A stretch of DNA of 30,000 nt. It comes from Cedecea colo (GTDB taxonomy: Bacteria; Pseudomonadota; Gammaproteobacteria; Enterobacterales; Enterobacteriaceae). Of this stretch, positions 1 to 9,290 are shown piece after piece. A program made the position numbers and the translations under genes. The stretch's first letter is position 1, and the number at the start of each line of letters is the position of its first letter. The notes beneath the pieces were generated by a model that ran no database searches, was not told the origin of the DNA, and worked only from the letters and a program-made list of their open reading frames with translations. Location: positions 49,764-79,763 of the forward strand of contig NZ_SOYS01000006.1 in assembly GCF_011808225.1 (NCBI RefSeq), in the 5' to 3' direction.

Positions 1-524
1 AAATCGTCAGCCCGATGACCGGCTACGTTTCTCGCCGCGCCGTACAGGTTGGCGCGCAAATCAGCCCCACAACGCCGCTAATGGCTATCGTGCCGGCCAG
101 CGGCTTATGGGTGGATGCAAACTTCAAAGAGACGCAGCTTGCGCATATGCGTATCGGCCAGCCAGCCACCGTGGTCAGTGATATTTATGGCGACAAAGTA
201 GAATACACCGGCAAAGTGGTCGGTCTGGATATGGGGACCGGCAGCGCCTTCTCTTTACTGCCTGCCCAGAACGCCACCGGTAACTGGATCAAAGTGGTTC
301 AGCGCCTGCCGGTACGTGTCGAGCTGGACGCAAAACAGCTTGAACAGCATCCGCTGCGCATCGGCCTCTCTACTTTAGTCACCGTCGACACCTCAAACCG
401 CGACGGCAGCGTGCTGGCAAGCCAGGCTCGTACTTCTCCGGCTTATGAAAGTAACGCGCGTGAGCTGAAGCTGGAACCGGTTAACGAACTGATTAAGCAG
501 ATAATCCAGGCAAATGCGGGTTAA
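1..524 (+). CDS. emrA: EmrA multidrug efflux membrane-fusion (periplasmic adaptor) protein, C-terminal part; 5' end outside window
   Basis: Frame is open from the window edge to TAA at 522-524. The translated tail (GQPATVVSDIYGDKVEYTGKVVGLDMGTGSAFSLLPAQNATGNWIKVVQRLPVRVEL) is typical of the HlyD/EmrA family. emrB follows 15 nt later behind a GGAGG SD, as in the E. coli emrAB operon. Confidence 0.85.
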   Translation, partial: IVSPMTGYVSRRAVQVGAQISPTTPLMAIVPASGLWVDANFKETQLAHMRIGQPATVVSDIYGDKVEYTGKVVGLDMGTGSAFSLLPAQNATGNWIKVVQRLPVRVELDAKQLEQHPLRIGLSTLVTVDTSNRDGSVLASQARTSPAYESNARELKLEPVNELIKQIIQANAG

Positions 525-539
525 TAAAGCGGAGGTTGT

Positions 540-2078
540 ATGGCACAGCAAAAACCGCTAGAAGGCGCCCAGCTGGTCATCATGACCATCGCTTTGTCGA
601 TGGCGACCTTTATGCAGGTGCTGGACTCCACCATCGCCAACGTGGCGATCCCAACGATTGCCGGTAACCTTGGCTCATCCATGAGCCAGGGGACATGGGT
701 TATTACCTCGTTTGGCGTGGCCAACGCTATCTCGATTCCTCTGACCGGCTGGCTTGCCAAACGCATCGGCGAAGTCAAACTGTTCATGTGGTCGACGATA
801 CTGTTTGTTATCGCTTCCTGGGCGTGCGGCGTTTCCAACAGCCTGGAAATGCTGATCTTCTTCCGCGTGATTCAGGGGGTGGTCGCCGGGCCGCTAATCC
901 CGCTGTCGCAGAGTTTGCTGCTCAATAACTATCCGCCAGCAAAGCGAAGCATCGCGCTGGCGTTATGGTCGATGACGGTGATCGTTGCGCCTATCTGCGG
1001 GCCCATTCTCGGCGGTTATATCAGCGATAATTACCACTGGGGCTGGATCTTCTTTATCAACGTGCCGATTGGTGCTGCGGTAGTACTGATGACCCTGCAA
1101 ACGCTGCGTGGCCGCGAAACCAGGACGGAACAACGCCGCATTGACGCCATCGGCCTTGCGCTGCTGGTGGTCGGTATCGGTAGCCTGCAGATCATGCTCG
1201 ACCGGGGCAAAGAGCTGGACTGGTTTAACTCGACGGAAATCGTGGTGCTGACCGTGGTCGCCGTGGTGACGATAAGTTTCCTGATAGTCTGGGAGCTGAC
1301 CGACGATAACCCGATAGTCGATCTGTCGCTGTTTAAGTCGCGAAACTTTACCATCGGCTGTCTGTGTATCAGCCTTGCCTACATGCTCTACTTCGGCGCG
1401 ATTGTTCTGCTGCCGCAGCTGTTGCAGGAGGTATACGGCTACACGGCGACCTGGGCGGGTCTGGCGTCGGCGCCGGTTGGGCTGATTCCCGTACTGCTGT
1501 CACCGATAATTGGCCGCTTTGCACATAAGCTCGATATGCGACGGCTGGTAACGTTCAGCTTTATTATGTACGCGGTCTGTTTCTACTGGCGTGCCTGGAC
1601 CTTCGAACCGGGAATGGATTTTGGCGCGTCGGCCTGGCCGCAGTTTATTCAGGGCTTCGCCGTGGCATGCTTCTTTATGCCGCTGACGACCATTACCCTT
1701 TCCGGCCTGCCTCCGGAACGTATGGCCGCAGCCTCGAGCCTGTCGAACTTTACCCGTACGCTTGCCGGCTCGATAGGTACATCAATTACGACAACGCTCT
1801 GGACTAACCGTGAGGCGCTGCACCATGCGCAACTCACGGAGTCGGTCACGCCGTTTAATCCGAATGCGGTGGAAACCTATAATCAATTGCAGGGCTTAGG
1901 GATGACGCAGCAGCAGGCTTCCGGCTATATCGCGCAGCAGATAACCAACCAGGGACTGATTATCTCGGCTAACGAGATATTCTGGTTCTCCGCCGGCATC
2001 TTCATTCTGCTGTTAAGCCTGATATGGTTTGCTAAACCTCCGTTTGGCGCGGGCGGTGGCGGCAGCGGCGCGCACTAG
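540..2078 (+). CDS. emrB: EmrB multidrug efflux MFS permease (14-TM DHA2 family)
   Basis: 512-aa ORF with ATG preceded by GGAGG. The protein is highly hydrophobic and has the EmrB-like N-terminus MAQQKPLEGAQLVIMTIALSMATFMQVLDSTIANVAIPTIAGNLG. Synteny with emrA supports the call. Confidence 0.9.
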   Translation: MAQQKPLEGAQLVIMTIALSMATFMQVLDSTIANVAIPTIAGNLGSSMSQGTWVITSFGVANAISIPLTGWLAKRIGEVKLFMWSTILFVIASWACGVSNSLEMLIFFRVIQGVVAGPLIPLSQSLLLNNYPPAKRSIALALWSMTVIVAPICGPILGGYISDNYHWGWIFFINVPIGAAVVLMTLQTLRGRETRTEQRRIDAIGLALLVVGIGSLQIMLDRGKELDWFNSTEIVVLTVVAVVTISFLIVWELTDDNPIVDLSLFKSRNFTIGCLCISLAYMLYFGAIVLLPQLLQEVYGYTATWAGLASAPVGLIPVLLSPIIGRFAHKLDMRRLVTFSFIMYAVCFYWRAWTFEPGMDFGASAWPQFIQGFAVACFFMPLTTITLSGLPPERMAAASSLSNFTRTLAGSIGTSITTTLWTNREALHHAQLTESVTPFNPNAVETYNQLQGLGMTQQQASGYIAQQITNQGLIISANEIFWFSAGIFILLLSLIWFAKPPFGAGGGGSGAH

Positions 2079-2239
2079 TTCGGCAATCCGAAGGTATCAC
2101 CCGGCTCCTTCTGCTTAAGGATGACCGCCCGAAAAGCGTGGCTTTCGGGCGGTTGAGGCAAAACAGAAGATATAATCCTTTGATTTTAAACATACCGGCA
2201 AAGTAACTTTCAATATCTGAGGGCTTTGTCAGCAGTCGC

Positions 2240-2265
2240 AAGGGGCCAGACGGCCCCTTTTTGTT
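2240..2265 (+). terminator. Rho-independent terminator about 160 nt downstream of emrB
   Basis: 8-bp GC-rich stem AAGGGGCC (2240-2247) / GGCCCCTT (2252-2259), loop AGAC, followed by a TTTTTG run. A second hairpin without a U-tract lies at 2124-2153 (ACCGCCCGAAA...TTTCGGGCGGT). Confidence 0.5.
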
Positions 2266-2369
2266 GCCTGCCGCCTGGCGGTTTCGCAGCACAGGTTGTC
2301 AGTTTTGCGCCAGTAATCTGTGCCCCGGCTTGTCAGGATAAAGGCTGACCGAGACCAGGGAGAAATATC

Positions 2370-4034
2370 ATGCTGCAAGACCCGTCACAAAAATACCTTC
2401 CGTATCAGCCCATCCATTTGCCCGACCGTCAGTGGCCGGACAAACAACTGACCCATGCGCCACGCTGGCTTTCTACCGATCTGCGCGACGGCAATCAGGC
2501 GCTGGCCGAACCGATGGACAGCGCACGCAAGCTGCGTTTCTGGGAGCAACTTCTTAAATGCGGCTTTAAAGAGATCGAAGTCGCTTTCCCGTCCGCCTCG
2601 GAGACAGATTTTCAGTTTGTTCGCCAGCTAATTGAAGAACAGCGCATACCGGAGGACGTCAATATTCAGGTGCTGACCCAGGCGCGCAGCGATCTTATTG
2701 AGCGCACCTTTGCGGCGCTTGCTGGAGCAAACCGCGCCACGGTGCATCTTTATAACGCCACGGCGCCGCTCTTCCGTCGCCTGGTATTCCGCCAGAGCAA
2801 AGAAGAAATTATCCAGCTGGCGACCAGCGCTACGCGTCAGATCCGGGCGCTGTGTGAAGCAAACCCGCAGACAAAGTGGAGCTATGAATACTCCCCGGAA
2901 ACGTTTTGCTTTACCGAGCCTGATTTCGCCCTGCAAATCTGCGAGGCGGTGGCCGATGTCTGGGAGCCTTGCGCGCAAAGGCCAATGATCGTCAACCTGC
3001 CCGCGACCGTGGAGGTGAATACGCCGAACGTTTACGCCGATCGGATTGAGTATTTCTGCCGTCACTTCTCACGACGCAGCGCGGTGTGTATCAGTATTCA
3101 TCCTCATAATGACCGCGGGAGCGGTGTCGCGAGCGCCGAACTGGCATTGTTGGCGGGCGCTGACCGGGTGGAGGGCTGCCTTTTCGGTAACGGCGAACGT
3201 ACCGGAAATGTCTGCCTCGTTACCCTGGCGATGAATCTCTACAGCCAGGGTGTTTCTCCGCAGCTGGATTTCAGCGATATGAAGCAGCTCGTGGAACTGG
3301 TGGAACAGTGCAATCAGCTACCGGTACACCCTCGTCATCCTTACGCCGGAAAGCTCGCCTTTACCGCCTTTTCTGGCTCGCATCAGGATGCCATCAAAAA
3401 GGGCTTTACGGCTCGCCAGCAGTCCCCTTCCCCGCTCTGGGAGATGCCTTATCTGCCTGTAGATCCCCAGGATATCGGCTGTAGCTACGAAGCGGTGATT
3501 CGGATAAACAGTCAGTCAGGGAAAAGCGGTGCCGCGTGGATGCTGGAGCAAAACCACGGTCTGGTATTACCGCGCAGCCTGCAACAGGATTTTAGCCGCC
3601 ACGTGCAGCTACAAACTGACCGTGACGGCAATGAGATGACGCTGAGCGCGCTCTGGCAGTTGTTCCGTGAGCTGTATGGCCCGCATCAGCTCGCCGGACG
3701 GCAGCTTCTGGATTACCGCAGCGAAAGTCAGGCAGACGGTGCCCTGTCGCTACGAGCGCATATTCAGACCGAAAAAGGCGTTCTGAGCTTACAGGGAAAA
3801 GGCAACGGGCTGCTTTCTGCCGCTGCCGATGCGTTGAAAAGGCAGTTTAATACCGCTTTTGCTATTGAAGATTATCATGAGCATACGCTTGGCAGACACA
3901 GCGAGAGCCGCTCGGCGGCCTATATTCGCCTTACGTTTGCTAAAGGCGAAAGCCGCTGGGGCGTGGGCATCGACAATGATATCTCGCGCGCCTCCCTGCA
4001 AGCGTTGCTTAACGCTCTACCGCTAGAAAGTTAG
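2370..4034 (+). CDS. leuA: 2-isopropylmalate synthase, long form (LeuA type 2, yeast/actinobacterial/Pseudomonas-type)
   Basis: 554-aa ORF with AGGGAG SD. The N-terminus (DPSQKY.PY.PI.LPDRQWP...W.S.DLRDGNQAL.EPM) and core motifs (HPHNDRGSGVASAELALLAGADRVEGCLFGNGERTGN, HPRHPYAG, FSGSHQDAI) match long-form LeuA as I recall it from Pseudomonas and Mycobacterium. Located between emrB and luxS, which are adjacent in E. coli K-12. Confidence 0.8.
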   Translation: MLQDPSQKYLPYQPIHLPDRQWPDKQLTHAPRWLSTDLRDGNQALAEPMDSARKLRFWEQLLKCGFKEIEVAFPSASETDFQFVRQLIEEQRIPEDVNIQVLTQARSDLIERTFAALAGANRATVHLYNATAPLFRRLVFRQSKEEIIQLATSATRQIRALCEANPQTKWSYEYSPETFCFTEPDFALQICEAVADVWEPCAQRPMIVNLPATVEVNTPNVYADRIEYFCRHFSRRSAVCISIHPHNDRGSGVASAELALLAGADRVEGCLFGNGERTGNVCLVTLAMNLYSQGVSPQLDFSDMKQLVELVEQCNQLPVHPRHPYAGKLAFTAFSGSHQDAIKKGFTARQQSPSPLWEMPYLPVDPQDIGCSYEAVIRINSQSGKSGAAWMLEQNHGLVLPRSLQQDFSRHVQLQTDRDGNEMTLSALWQLFRELYGPHQLAGRQLLDYRSESQADGALSLRAHIQTEKGVLSLQGKGNGLLSAAADALKRQFNTAFAIEDYHEHTLGRHSESRSAAYIRLTFAKGESRWGVGIDNDISRASLQALLNALPLES

Positions 4035-4792
4035 TCGCAGAAATAGTCGCTCGGCGAAACACCGAGAATACGGCGAAACATCGCGCTAAATGCGCTGTGG
4101 CTTTCATACCCCAGATCCAGCGCCACACGCAGTACCGATTGCCCCTGAGCAAGGCGGCTTAAGGCGTCCATCAGCCTTGCCCGTCGTACCCATTCGCCAT
4201 ACGCCAGGCCGGTTTGCTGGCGGAAATGGCGCAGCAGGGTTCGCTGGCTAACGTTAAGCTGCCTTGCCGCCAGCTCCGTCGACCATGCCTTACCCGGATC
4301 GGCCTGGATCTGACGGCATAACGCCTGCAACGTTGCGGTTTCAGGTTCCGGCAGATTAAACGGCAGCACCGTCATGACGCGGATCTCATCGAGGATTAGC
4401 TCATAGATTCGCTCTTCTCTGCTCCCGGCAGGATACGTTTCAGGCAGCGTGAGCGAGGTAACGATCAGCTCCCGCAGAAGAGCGGAGACCTGCACAACCT
4501 GGCACACTGACGGTAAATCCGCTCTTGCGAAGGGATCGATAAACAATGTTCTGGCGGCGACGTTTCCCGTCACCTGAAGACGATGCCGCGTTCCCGCAGG
4601 AAGCCAGACGCCGCGACCAGGAGGTACGACCCAATAGCCCTGCTCCGTTTCAACTCGCGCCACACCGCTTAACGTATGCAGCAACTGTGCGCAGTCATGG
4701 CTGTGCCAGGGCTCCATCGCTCCATGAGAATAGTCATGGGCGAAAGGCACCAGCGGGCGTGTGGCAAAGCTGAACTGCAGCGAGGTCGACAT
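4031..4792 (-). CDS. AraC/XylS-family transcriptional regulator with N-terminal cupin sensor domain
   Basis: C-terminal HTH_18 region (SQRTLLRHFRQQTGLAYGEWVRRARLMDAL...LGYESHSAFSAMFRRILGVSPSDY) and N-terminal cupin (WHSHDCAQLLHTLSGVARVE...GVWLPAGTRH). I place the start at the ATG at 4792 (MSTSLQFSF...). The extra 20 codons in the ORF track read through a purine run (FFFFFQNK) and look non-coding. SD is weak. The stop overlaps the leuA-like stop by 4 nt (convergent). Confidence 0.8.
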   Translation of the reverse strand: MSTSLQFSFATRPLVPFAHDYSHGAMEPWHSHDCAQLLHTLSGVARVETEQGYWVVPPGRGVWLPAGTRHRLQVTGNVAARTLFIDPFARADLPSVCQVVQVSALLRELIVTSLTLPETYPAGSREERIYELILDEIRVMTVLPFNLPEPETATLQALCRQIQADPGKAWSTELAARQLNVSQRTLLRHFRQQTGLAYGEWVRRARLMDALSRLAQGQSVLRVALDLGYESHSAFSAMFRRILGVSPSDYFCD

Positions 4793-4838
4793 AGTTTTAT
4801 TTTGGAAGAAAAAGAAGAAGATAGCATATGTCAGATGT

Positions 4839-4866
4839 AAAAAAGGAGCCATCCGGCTCCTTTTTG
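4839..4866 (-). terminator. luxS rho-independent terminator (symmetrical A-run/T-run hairpin)
   Basis: AAAAAGGAGCC-ATCC-GGCTCCTTTTT lies 13 nt downstream of the luxS stop. Read on the minus strand, the hairpin is followed by TTTTTT. Confidence 0.65.
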
Positions 4867-4878
4867 TAACGCAAAGAA

Positions 4879-5394
4879 CTAGATGTGCAGCTCTTTGAGC
4901 GTCTCTTTCGGCAATGCCAGTTCTTCATTGCTATTGACGGTTACGCCGTGCTCAATGATATGGCGCGCGATATCCTGCGCTTCCTGCAAAGAGTGCATAT
5001 GGTAAGTCCCACATTGATACACGTTCAGCTCAGGAATTTGGTTTTGCTCTTTAACCTTCAGCACATCTTCCATTGCCGCTTTCCAGGCGTCGGCAACGCG
5101 GGTCTCGTCTGGTACTCCGATCAGGCTCATATAAAAGCCGGTACGGCAGCCCATTGGCGAAATATCAATGATCTCGACACCGTTACCGTTGAGATGGTCA
5201 CGCATAAAGCCTGCGAATAAATGTTCCAGCGTGTGGATCCCTTTTTCCGGCATCACTTCCTTGTTGGGAACACAAAAGCGCAGGTCAAACACGGTGATGG
5301 TATCGCCATGCGGCGTGTGCATCGTCTTGGCTACACGCACTGCTGGCGCACCCATGCGAGTATGGTCGACTGTGAAGCTATCCAACAACGGCAT
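4879..5394 (-). CDS. luxS: S-ribosylhomocysteine lyase LuxS (autoinducer-2 synthesis)
   Basis: 171 aa from [14 protein letters not shown] with the metal-binding HTLEH motif. The ORF-track N-terminal extension of 28 codons is not part of canonical LuxS. Confidence 0.95.
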   Translation of the reverse strand: MPLLDSFTVDHTRMGAPAVRVAKTMHTPHGDTITVFDLRFCVPNKEVMPEKGIHTLEHLFAGFMRDHLNGNGVEIIDISPMGCRTGFYMSLIGVPDETRVADAWKAAMEDVLKVKEQNQIPELNVYQCGTYHMHSLQEAQDIARHIIEHGVTVNSNEELALPKETLKELHI

Positions 5395-5432
5395 CTGGTC
5401 ACCTCCGATAAGTGATTTTTTTAAAATAAAAT

Positions 5433-5459
5433 GAACCATTCTGTTTAATGTGCGTCTGA
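5433..5459 (+). promoter_or_regulatory. Sigma-E-type promoter of micA
   Basis: GAACC (5433-5437), about 15-16 nt spacer, then TCTGA (5455-5459). The MicA 5' end G is at 5466, 6 nt downstream. This fits the sigmaE consensus GGAACTT-N16-TCNNA and the known sigmaE dependence of micA. Confidence 0.55.
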
Positions 5460-5465
5460 GTATAT

Positions 5466-5540
5466 GAAAGACGCGCATTTGTTATCATCATCCCTGTCTT
5501 CAGAGATGAATATTTTGGCCACATTGACTGTGGCCTTTTT
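5466..5540 (+). ncRNA. micA: MicA (SraD) Hfq-dependent sRNA
   Basis: GAAAGACGCGCATTTGTTATCATCATCCCTG...CAGAGATGAA..TTTTGGCCAC....GTGGCCTTTTT is near-identical to the E. coli MicA sequence as I remember it. It includes the terminal GGCCAC/GTGGCC hairpin plus U-tract, and lies in the conserved luxS-gshA intergenic position, opposite in strand to both genes. Confidence 0.85.
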
Positions 5541-5548
5541 CTTTGGTG

Positions 5549-7105
5549 CTAAGCCTGCTTCGCAAGCCATGTATCAAATGGCTCGGTATCACTGGCCTCT
5601 CTTTCACGCTGACGCTGCCAGGAAGCGTCGTGCTCCTGCTGCAGGGCGTCCGGCGTCAAAATCTCCAGCTGTTCCTGAATTAATATCTGACGATACTGCT
5701 CCGCCAGGGCAAGCCCCGTACCGCCAATACCATTATCAATCATAGATCGCAGAATGCGTGCTGAATACGTCAGTTCAGGATCGTCGAAACAGACGACGAG
5801 TTGATCGCATACGCGCTGGTATTCATTATTCCCGGCAATGCCATCGAGCGTTTCGGCGACGCGACGTAAATCTGCAAATAAATCCTTGCCCACTTTAGAC
5901 AGCAAATGCTGTGCGGTTTCGCAACCGATGCCAAGCGTCAGGCCAGGCTTACGGCCCTCAAGGATCACCCGGTTCCAGTTGGTCCGCGTACACAGCAGTT
6001 CATCGCTGCTCATTTCCGGGGCATCAGCCAGCACGCACCAGATCATAAACAGATCGAGGAAGCGAATCTGCTGCTCGTCCATGCCGATTGGGGAAAACGG
6101 ATTGATATCCAGCGAGCGAACTTCAATGTACTCGATGCCGCCGCGCAGCAGCGCATCTGATGGCGACTCGTCTTTCCCGGTCACGCGCTTCGGGCGAATC
6201 GGCGCATAGAGCTCATTTTCGATTTGCAGCACGTTGGCGTTGATTTGCAGACGCTTGCCGTCCTTCTCCAGGCCAATCATCGCAAACTCTTCCGAAGGCG
6301 TTTTGATCGCTTTTTTCAGCCCTGCAACGTATGTCGCCAGATCGTTAAAAGTAATGCCAAGATTGCTCTGCGCTTTACTGGTATAGCCCAGATCGCTCAG
6401 GCGCAGGGAGGTTGCATAGGGTAAATAATTCATGCCGCATTCCGTCTTCTCAAACGGCAGCGAACTTTCTTTGCCCTGTAAGAACGACGAGCAAATCGCA
6501 GGCGATGCGCCGAACAGGTACGGGATTATCCAGCCAAAACGGTAATAGTTTCGAATCAGGCGGAAATAGCCGGCTGAGATCTCTTCTTTACCGCTCTGCG
6601 CATCTTTTACACCAAGGCGGGCCTGCCAGAACTCCAGCGGCAGCGAGAAGTTGTAATGCACGCCAGAAATCGTCTGCATCAGCGCACCGTAACGGTTCTT
6701 CAAACCTTCACGGTACAGGGTTTTCATCCGCCCCGTGTTAGACGAGCCGTACTGCGCCAGTTCAATATTCTGACCGTCGTCGATATAGCACGGCATACTC
6801 AGCGGCCACATGCGCTCTTCACCCAACTCGCGGGCTACATGGCGATGGATATCGCGCATAAAAGTCAGCATATGGTCGATATCACCATCCACCGGGGTAA
6901 TAAATTCCAGCAGGGCTTCGGCGAAGTCTGTTGTGATCCAATTATGTGTCAGCGCTGAGCCGAGGCTTTCCGGGTGCCCTGTCGTTGCCAGTTCGCCCGT
7001 TGGCGTAACCCGCAATGTTTCGCGTTCAAGTCCGCGACGAATGCCTTTGACTACCTGAGGATGCTTTTCCAGCCAGGCCAGCGCCTGTGATACGTCCGGG
7101 ATCAA
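5549..7105 (-). CDS. gshA: Glutamate-cysteine ligase GshA
   Basis: 518 aa beginning (M)[16 protein letters not shown], as in E. coli. The start is TTG at 7105-7103, 5 nt after a GGGAGG SD. The ATG 13 codons upstream (7144) has no SD. E. coli gshA is known to use a TTG start. Confidence 0.9.
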   Translation of the reverse strand: MIPDVSQALAWLEKHPQVVKGIRRGLERETLRVTPTGELATTGHPESLGSALTHNWITTDFAEALLEFITPVDGDIDHMLTFMRDIHRHVARELGEERMWPLSMPCYIDDGQNIELAQYGSSNTGRMKTLYREGLKNRYGALMQTISGVHYNFSLPLEFWQARLGVKDAQSGKEEISAGYFRLIRNYYRFGWIIPYLFGASPAICSSFLQGKESSLPFEKTECGMNYLPYATSLRLSDLGYTSKAQSNLGITFNDLATYVAGLKKAIKTPSEEFAMIGLEKDGKRLQINANVLQIENELYAPIRPKRVTGKDESPSDALLRGGIEYIEVRSLDINPFSPIGMDEQQIRFLDLFMIWCVLADAPEMSSDELLCTRTNWNRVILEGRKPGLTLGIGCETAQHLLSKVGKDLFADLRRVAETLDGIAGNNEYQRVCDQLVVCFDDPELTYSARILRSMIDNGIGGTGLALAEQYRQILIQEQLEILTPDALQQEHDASWQRQREREASDTEPFDTWLAKQA

Positions 7106-7150
7106 ATTGACCTCCCGCCTGTCGAATTCATTTTTATTAAGCATAATTGT

Positions 7151-7175
7151 AAAAGCGGACGATGAATGCGCCCGC
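7151..7175 (-). terminator. Possible terminator after yqaA
   Basis: Minus-strand GCGGGCG-CATTCAT-CGTCCGC stem-loop (one G-U pair) followed by TTTT, 7 nt downstream of the yqaA stop. Confidence 0.4.
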
Positions 7176-7181
7176 CCTCAA

Positions 7182-7610
7182 TTATTGCCACCACGCCATG
7201 CCTTGTACCGTTGCAGCCGCAACAACGATGTAGCGAATCGCTTTGCCAAGACATACAAAAAAAATTACTGGCCCCCACGCCAGACGTAACCATCCGGCAA
7301 GCAGGCACAAAAGATCGCCAATCAACGGCAACCAACTCAGTAATAAAGTCGCCGGGCCAAATCGAGTCAGCCAGGCGATGGCTTTCCCCTGCCAACGAGA
7401 ATGTTTACGCTGTGGGAAAAAACGCCCCAGAATAACGTTAGTTAACCCGCCCAGGCTATTACCCATTGTTGCTATTAAAATAAGTAGCCAGGCTGGACCA
7501 ACGCCTGCCACCAGTAAAGCGACCAGAACAGCTTCTGAGCTGCCGGGAAGCAAGGTGGCACTGAGAAAACTACTGGTGAACAAAGAAGCCAGTGACAGTA
7601 TGGCACTCAC
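7182..7610 (-). CDS. yqaA: YqaA inner-membrane protein (SNARE-associated/DedA-related)
   Basis: 142 aa. LFTSSFLSATLLPGSSEAVLVALL...MGNSLGGLTNVILGRFFP...GDLLCLLAGW matches E. coli YqaA in length and sequence as recalled. The start overlaps the yqaB stop by 4 nt. Confidence 0.85.
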   Translation of the reverse strand: MSAILSLASLFTSSFLSATLLPGSSEAVLVALLVAGVGPAWLLILIATMGNSLGGLTNVILGRFFPQRKHSRWQGKAIAWLTRFGPATLLLSWLPLIGDLLCLLAGWLRLAWGPVIFFVCLGKAIRYIVVAAATVQGMAWWQ

Positions 7611-8173
7611 AGCAAGCGAACATCCACACCATACATGCCTGCCACGCGAGCCGCTTCCAGCCCAAAATCAGCGTCTTCAAATACTACGCACTTCTCAGGC
7701 GCAACGCCCATCAATTTGGCGCACAGCAGGAAAGTGTCGGGAAAGGGTTTGTGATTTTTGACATGATCGGCGGCAACAACCGCCGTAAAGTAGTGACGCA
7801 GGCCGAGATGGTTTAGCAGCGCTTCAGCGATATCGCTCTCGCTGCCCGTGCCGACGGCCATCGGACGGCGGCCATGCCAGGACTTAACCACGTCAATCAA
7901 CGGCAATGGACGTACCGTATCAAGAAGCATAGCCCTGACCGCCTGCGTTTTTTCCTGGGCCAGTTGATGCGGATCGAGACTGGCCTGATGAGATTCGATA
8001 ATAGCCTGCGCAATACGCCAGGTCGGGGAACCGTTCAACGCTATGATAGCCTGTTCATCAAACTGCATGCCGTAACGAGACAATGTCTCATGCCACGCCT
8101 TGCGATGCGTTGGTTCGGTATCGAGGATGGTTCCGTCCATATCGAAAATCAGCCCGTCGTAACGTTCGTACAT
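7607..8173 (-). CDS. yqaB: HAD-superfamily sugar phosphatase YqaB (HxpB)
   Basis: MYERYDGLIFDMDGTILDTEPTHRKAW... carries the DxDGT HAD motif and is near-identical to the E. coli YqaB N-terminus. Start chosen at the ATG at 8173; the track ORF begins 4 codons earlier. Confidence 0.85.
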   Translation of the reverse strand: MYERYDGLIFDMDGTILDTEPTHRKAWHETLSRYGMQFDEQAIIALNGSPTWRIAQAIIESHQASLDPHQLAQEKTQAVRAMLLDTVRPLPLIDVVKSWHGRRPMAVGTGSESDIAEALLNHLGLRHYFTAVVAADHVKNHKPFPDTFLLCAKLMGVAPEKCVVFEDADFGLEAARVAGMYGVDVRLL

Positions 8174-8472
8174 CTCATCCCTCACCTCGCCAAATGTCGA
8201 GGCGTTACTTTAGCGTAAACAGGTAAAGTTGTCGCTTATTGTGACGGAGTTAGTGCAGGAGGTGATTATTTTATATGCCGGTAAATTTTAAGAGTAGTAA
8301 CGCAAGGAGGTAAAAATAGCATGTTTTAAAGGGGAAAAGATGGTGTATCCAGGAGGGTGACTCGCCGATGCTCGCCCTGTGGGCCGTTACGTGAGCAACG
8401 TTATCTCCCCTCGTGCTGGCTGAGAAATTACCTTTCTCTGCAACACTATCATCGCTGATAGCCAGGGGAAGA

Positions 8473-8549
8473 TGGTGCATCCGGGAGGATTCGAACCTCC
8501 GACCGCTCGGTTCGTAGCCGAGTACTCTATCCAGCTGAGCTACGGATGC
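8473..8549 (-). tRNA. argQ: tRNA-Arg (anticodon ACG)
   Basis: The 77-nt reverse complement reads GCATCCGTAGCTCAGCTGGATAGAGTACTCGGCTACGAACCGAGCGGTCGGAGGTTCGAATCCTCCCGGATGCACCA, identical to E. coli tRNA-Arg(ACG) as recalled. CCA is encoded. Confidence 0.97.
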
Positions 8550-8745
8550 ATCTGGGGGTACTGCTTTCACTTCTGCATCAATGCCGCTTAACCTGCCGCA
8601 ACATCGAAGAAGAATGGCGCATGCGGGAGATGACTCGCCGATGCTTGCCCTGCGGGCCGTTGCGTGAGCAACCTTATCTTCCCTCGTGCTGGCTGAGAAA
8701 TTACCTTTCTCTGCAACACCATCATCGCTGATAGCCAGGGGAAGA

Positions 8746-8822
8746 TGGTGCATCCGGGAGGATTCGAACCTCCGACCGCTCGGTTCGTAGCCGAGTACTC
8801 TATCCAGCTGAGCTACGGATGC
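8746..8822 (-). tRNA. argZ: tRNA-Arg (anticodon ACG)
   Basis: Identical 77-nt copy. Confidence 0.97.
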
Positions 8823-9017
8823 ATCTGGGGGTACTGCTTTCACTTCTGAATCAATGCTGCTTAACCTGCCGCAACATCGAAGAAGAATGGTGCATGCGGG
8901 AGATGACTCGCCGATGCTTGCCCTGCGGAACGTTGCGTGAGCAATGTTACCTTCCCTCGTGCTGGCTGAGAAATTACTTTCTCTGCAACGCTATCATCGC
9001 TGATAGCCAGGGGAAGA

Positions 9018-9094
9018 TGGTGCATCCGGGAGGATTCGAACCTCCGACCGCTCGGTTCGTAGCCGAGTACTCTATCCAGCTGAGCTACGGATGC
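9018..9094 (-). tRNA. argY: tRNA-Arg (anticodon ACG)
   Basis: Identical 77-nt copy. Confidence 0.97.
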
Positions 9095-9290
9095 ATCAGG
9101 GGGTACTGCTTTGACTTCTGAATCAATGCCGCTCAACCTGCCGCAACATCGAAGAAGATGGCGCATTCGGGAGGATGACTCGCCGATGCTCGCCCTACGG
9201 GCCGTTGCGTGAGCAACGTTATCCTCCCTGGCGTTCGCTGAAAACTTAACGTTTTCCGGAACGCTACCATTGCTGATGGTAGGGGGAAGA

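Noticed and set aside
4793-4852. A 20-codon extension of the AraC-regulator ORF (MAPFLHLTYAIFFFFFQNKT).
   Set aside because: It reads through a polypurine tract and the luxS terminator hairpin. The cupin domain begins normally from the ATG at 4792.
8240-8335. Two perfect AGGAGG motifs followed by ATGs (a 12-codon ORF MPVNFKSSNARR and an ATG-TTT-TAA mini-ORF) between yqaB and the tRNA array.
   Set aside because: The spacings to the ATGs are 12 and 10 nt, which is long. The ORFs are tiny and lie on the strand opposite to all surrounding transcription. I have no conservation data, so I treat them as chance.
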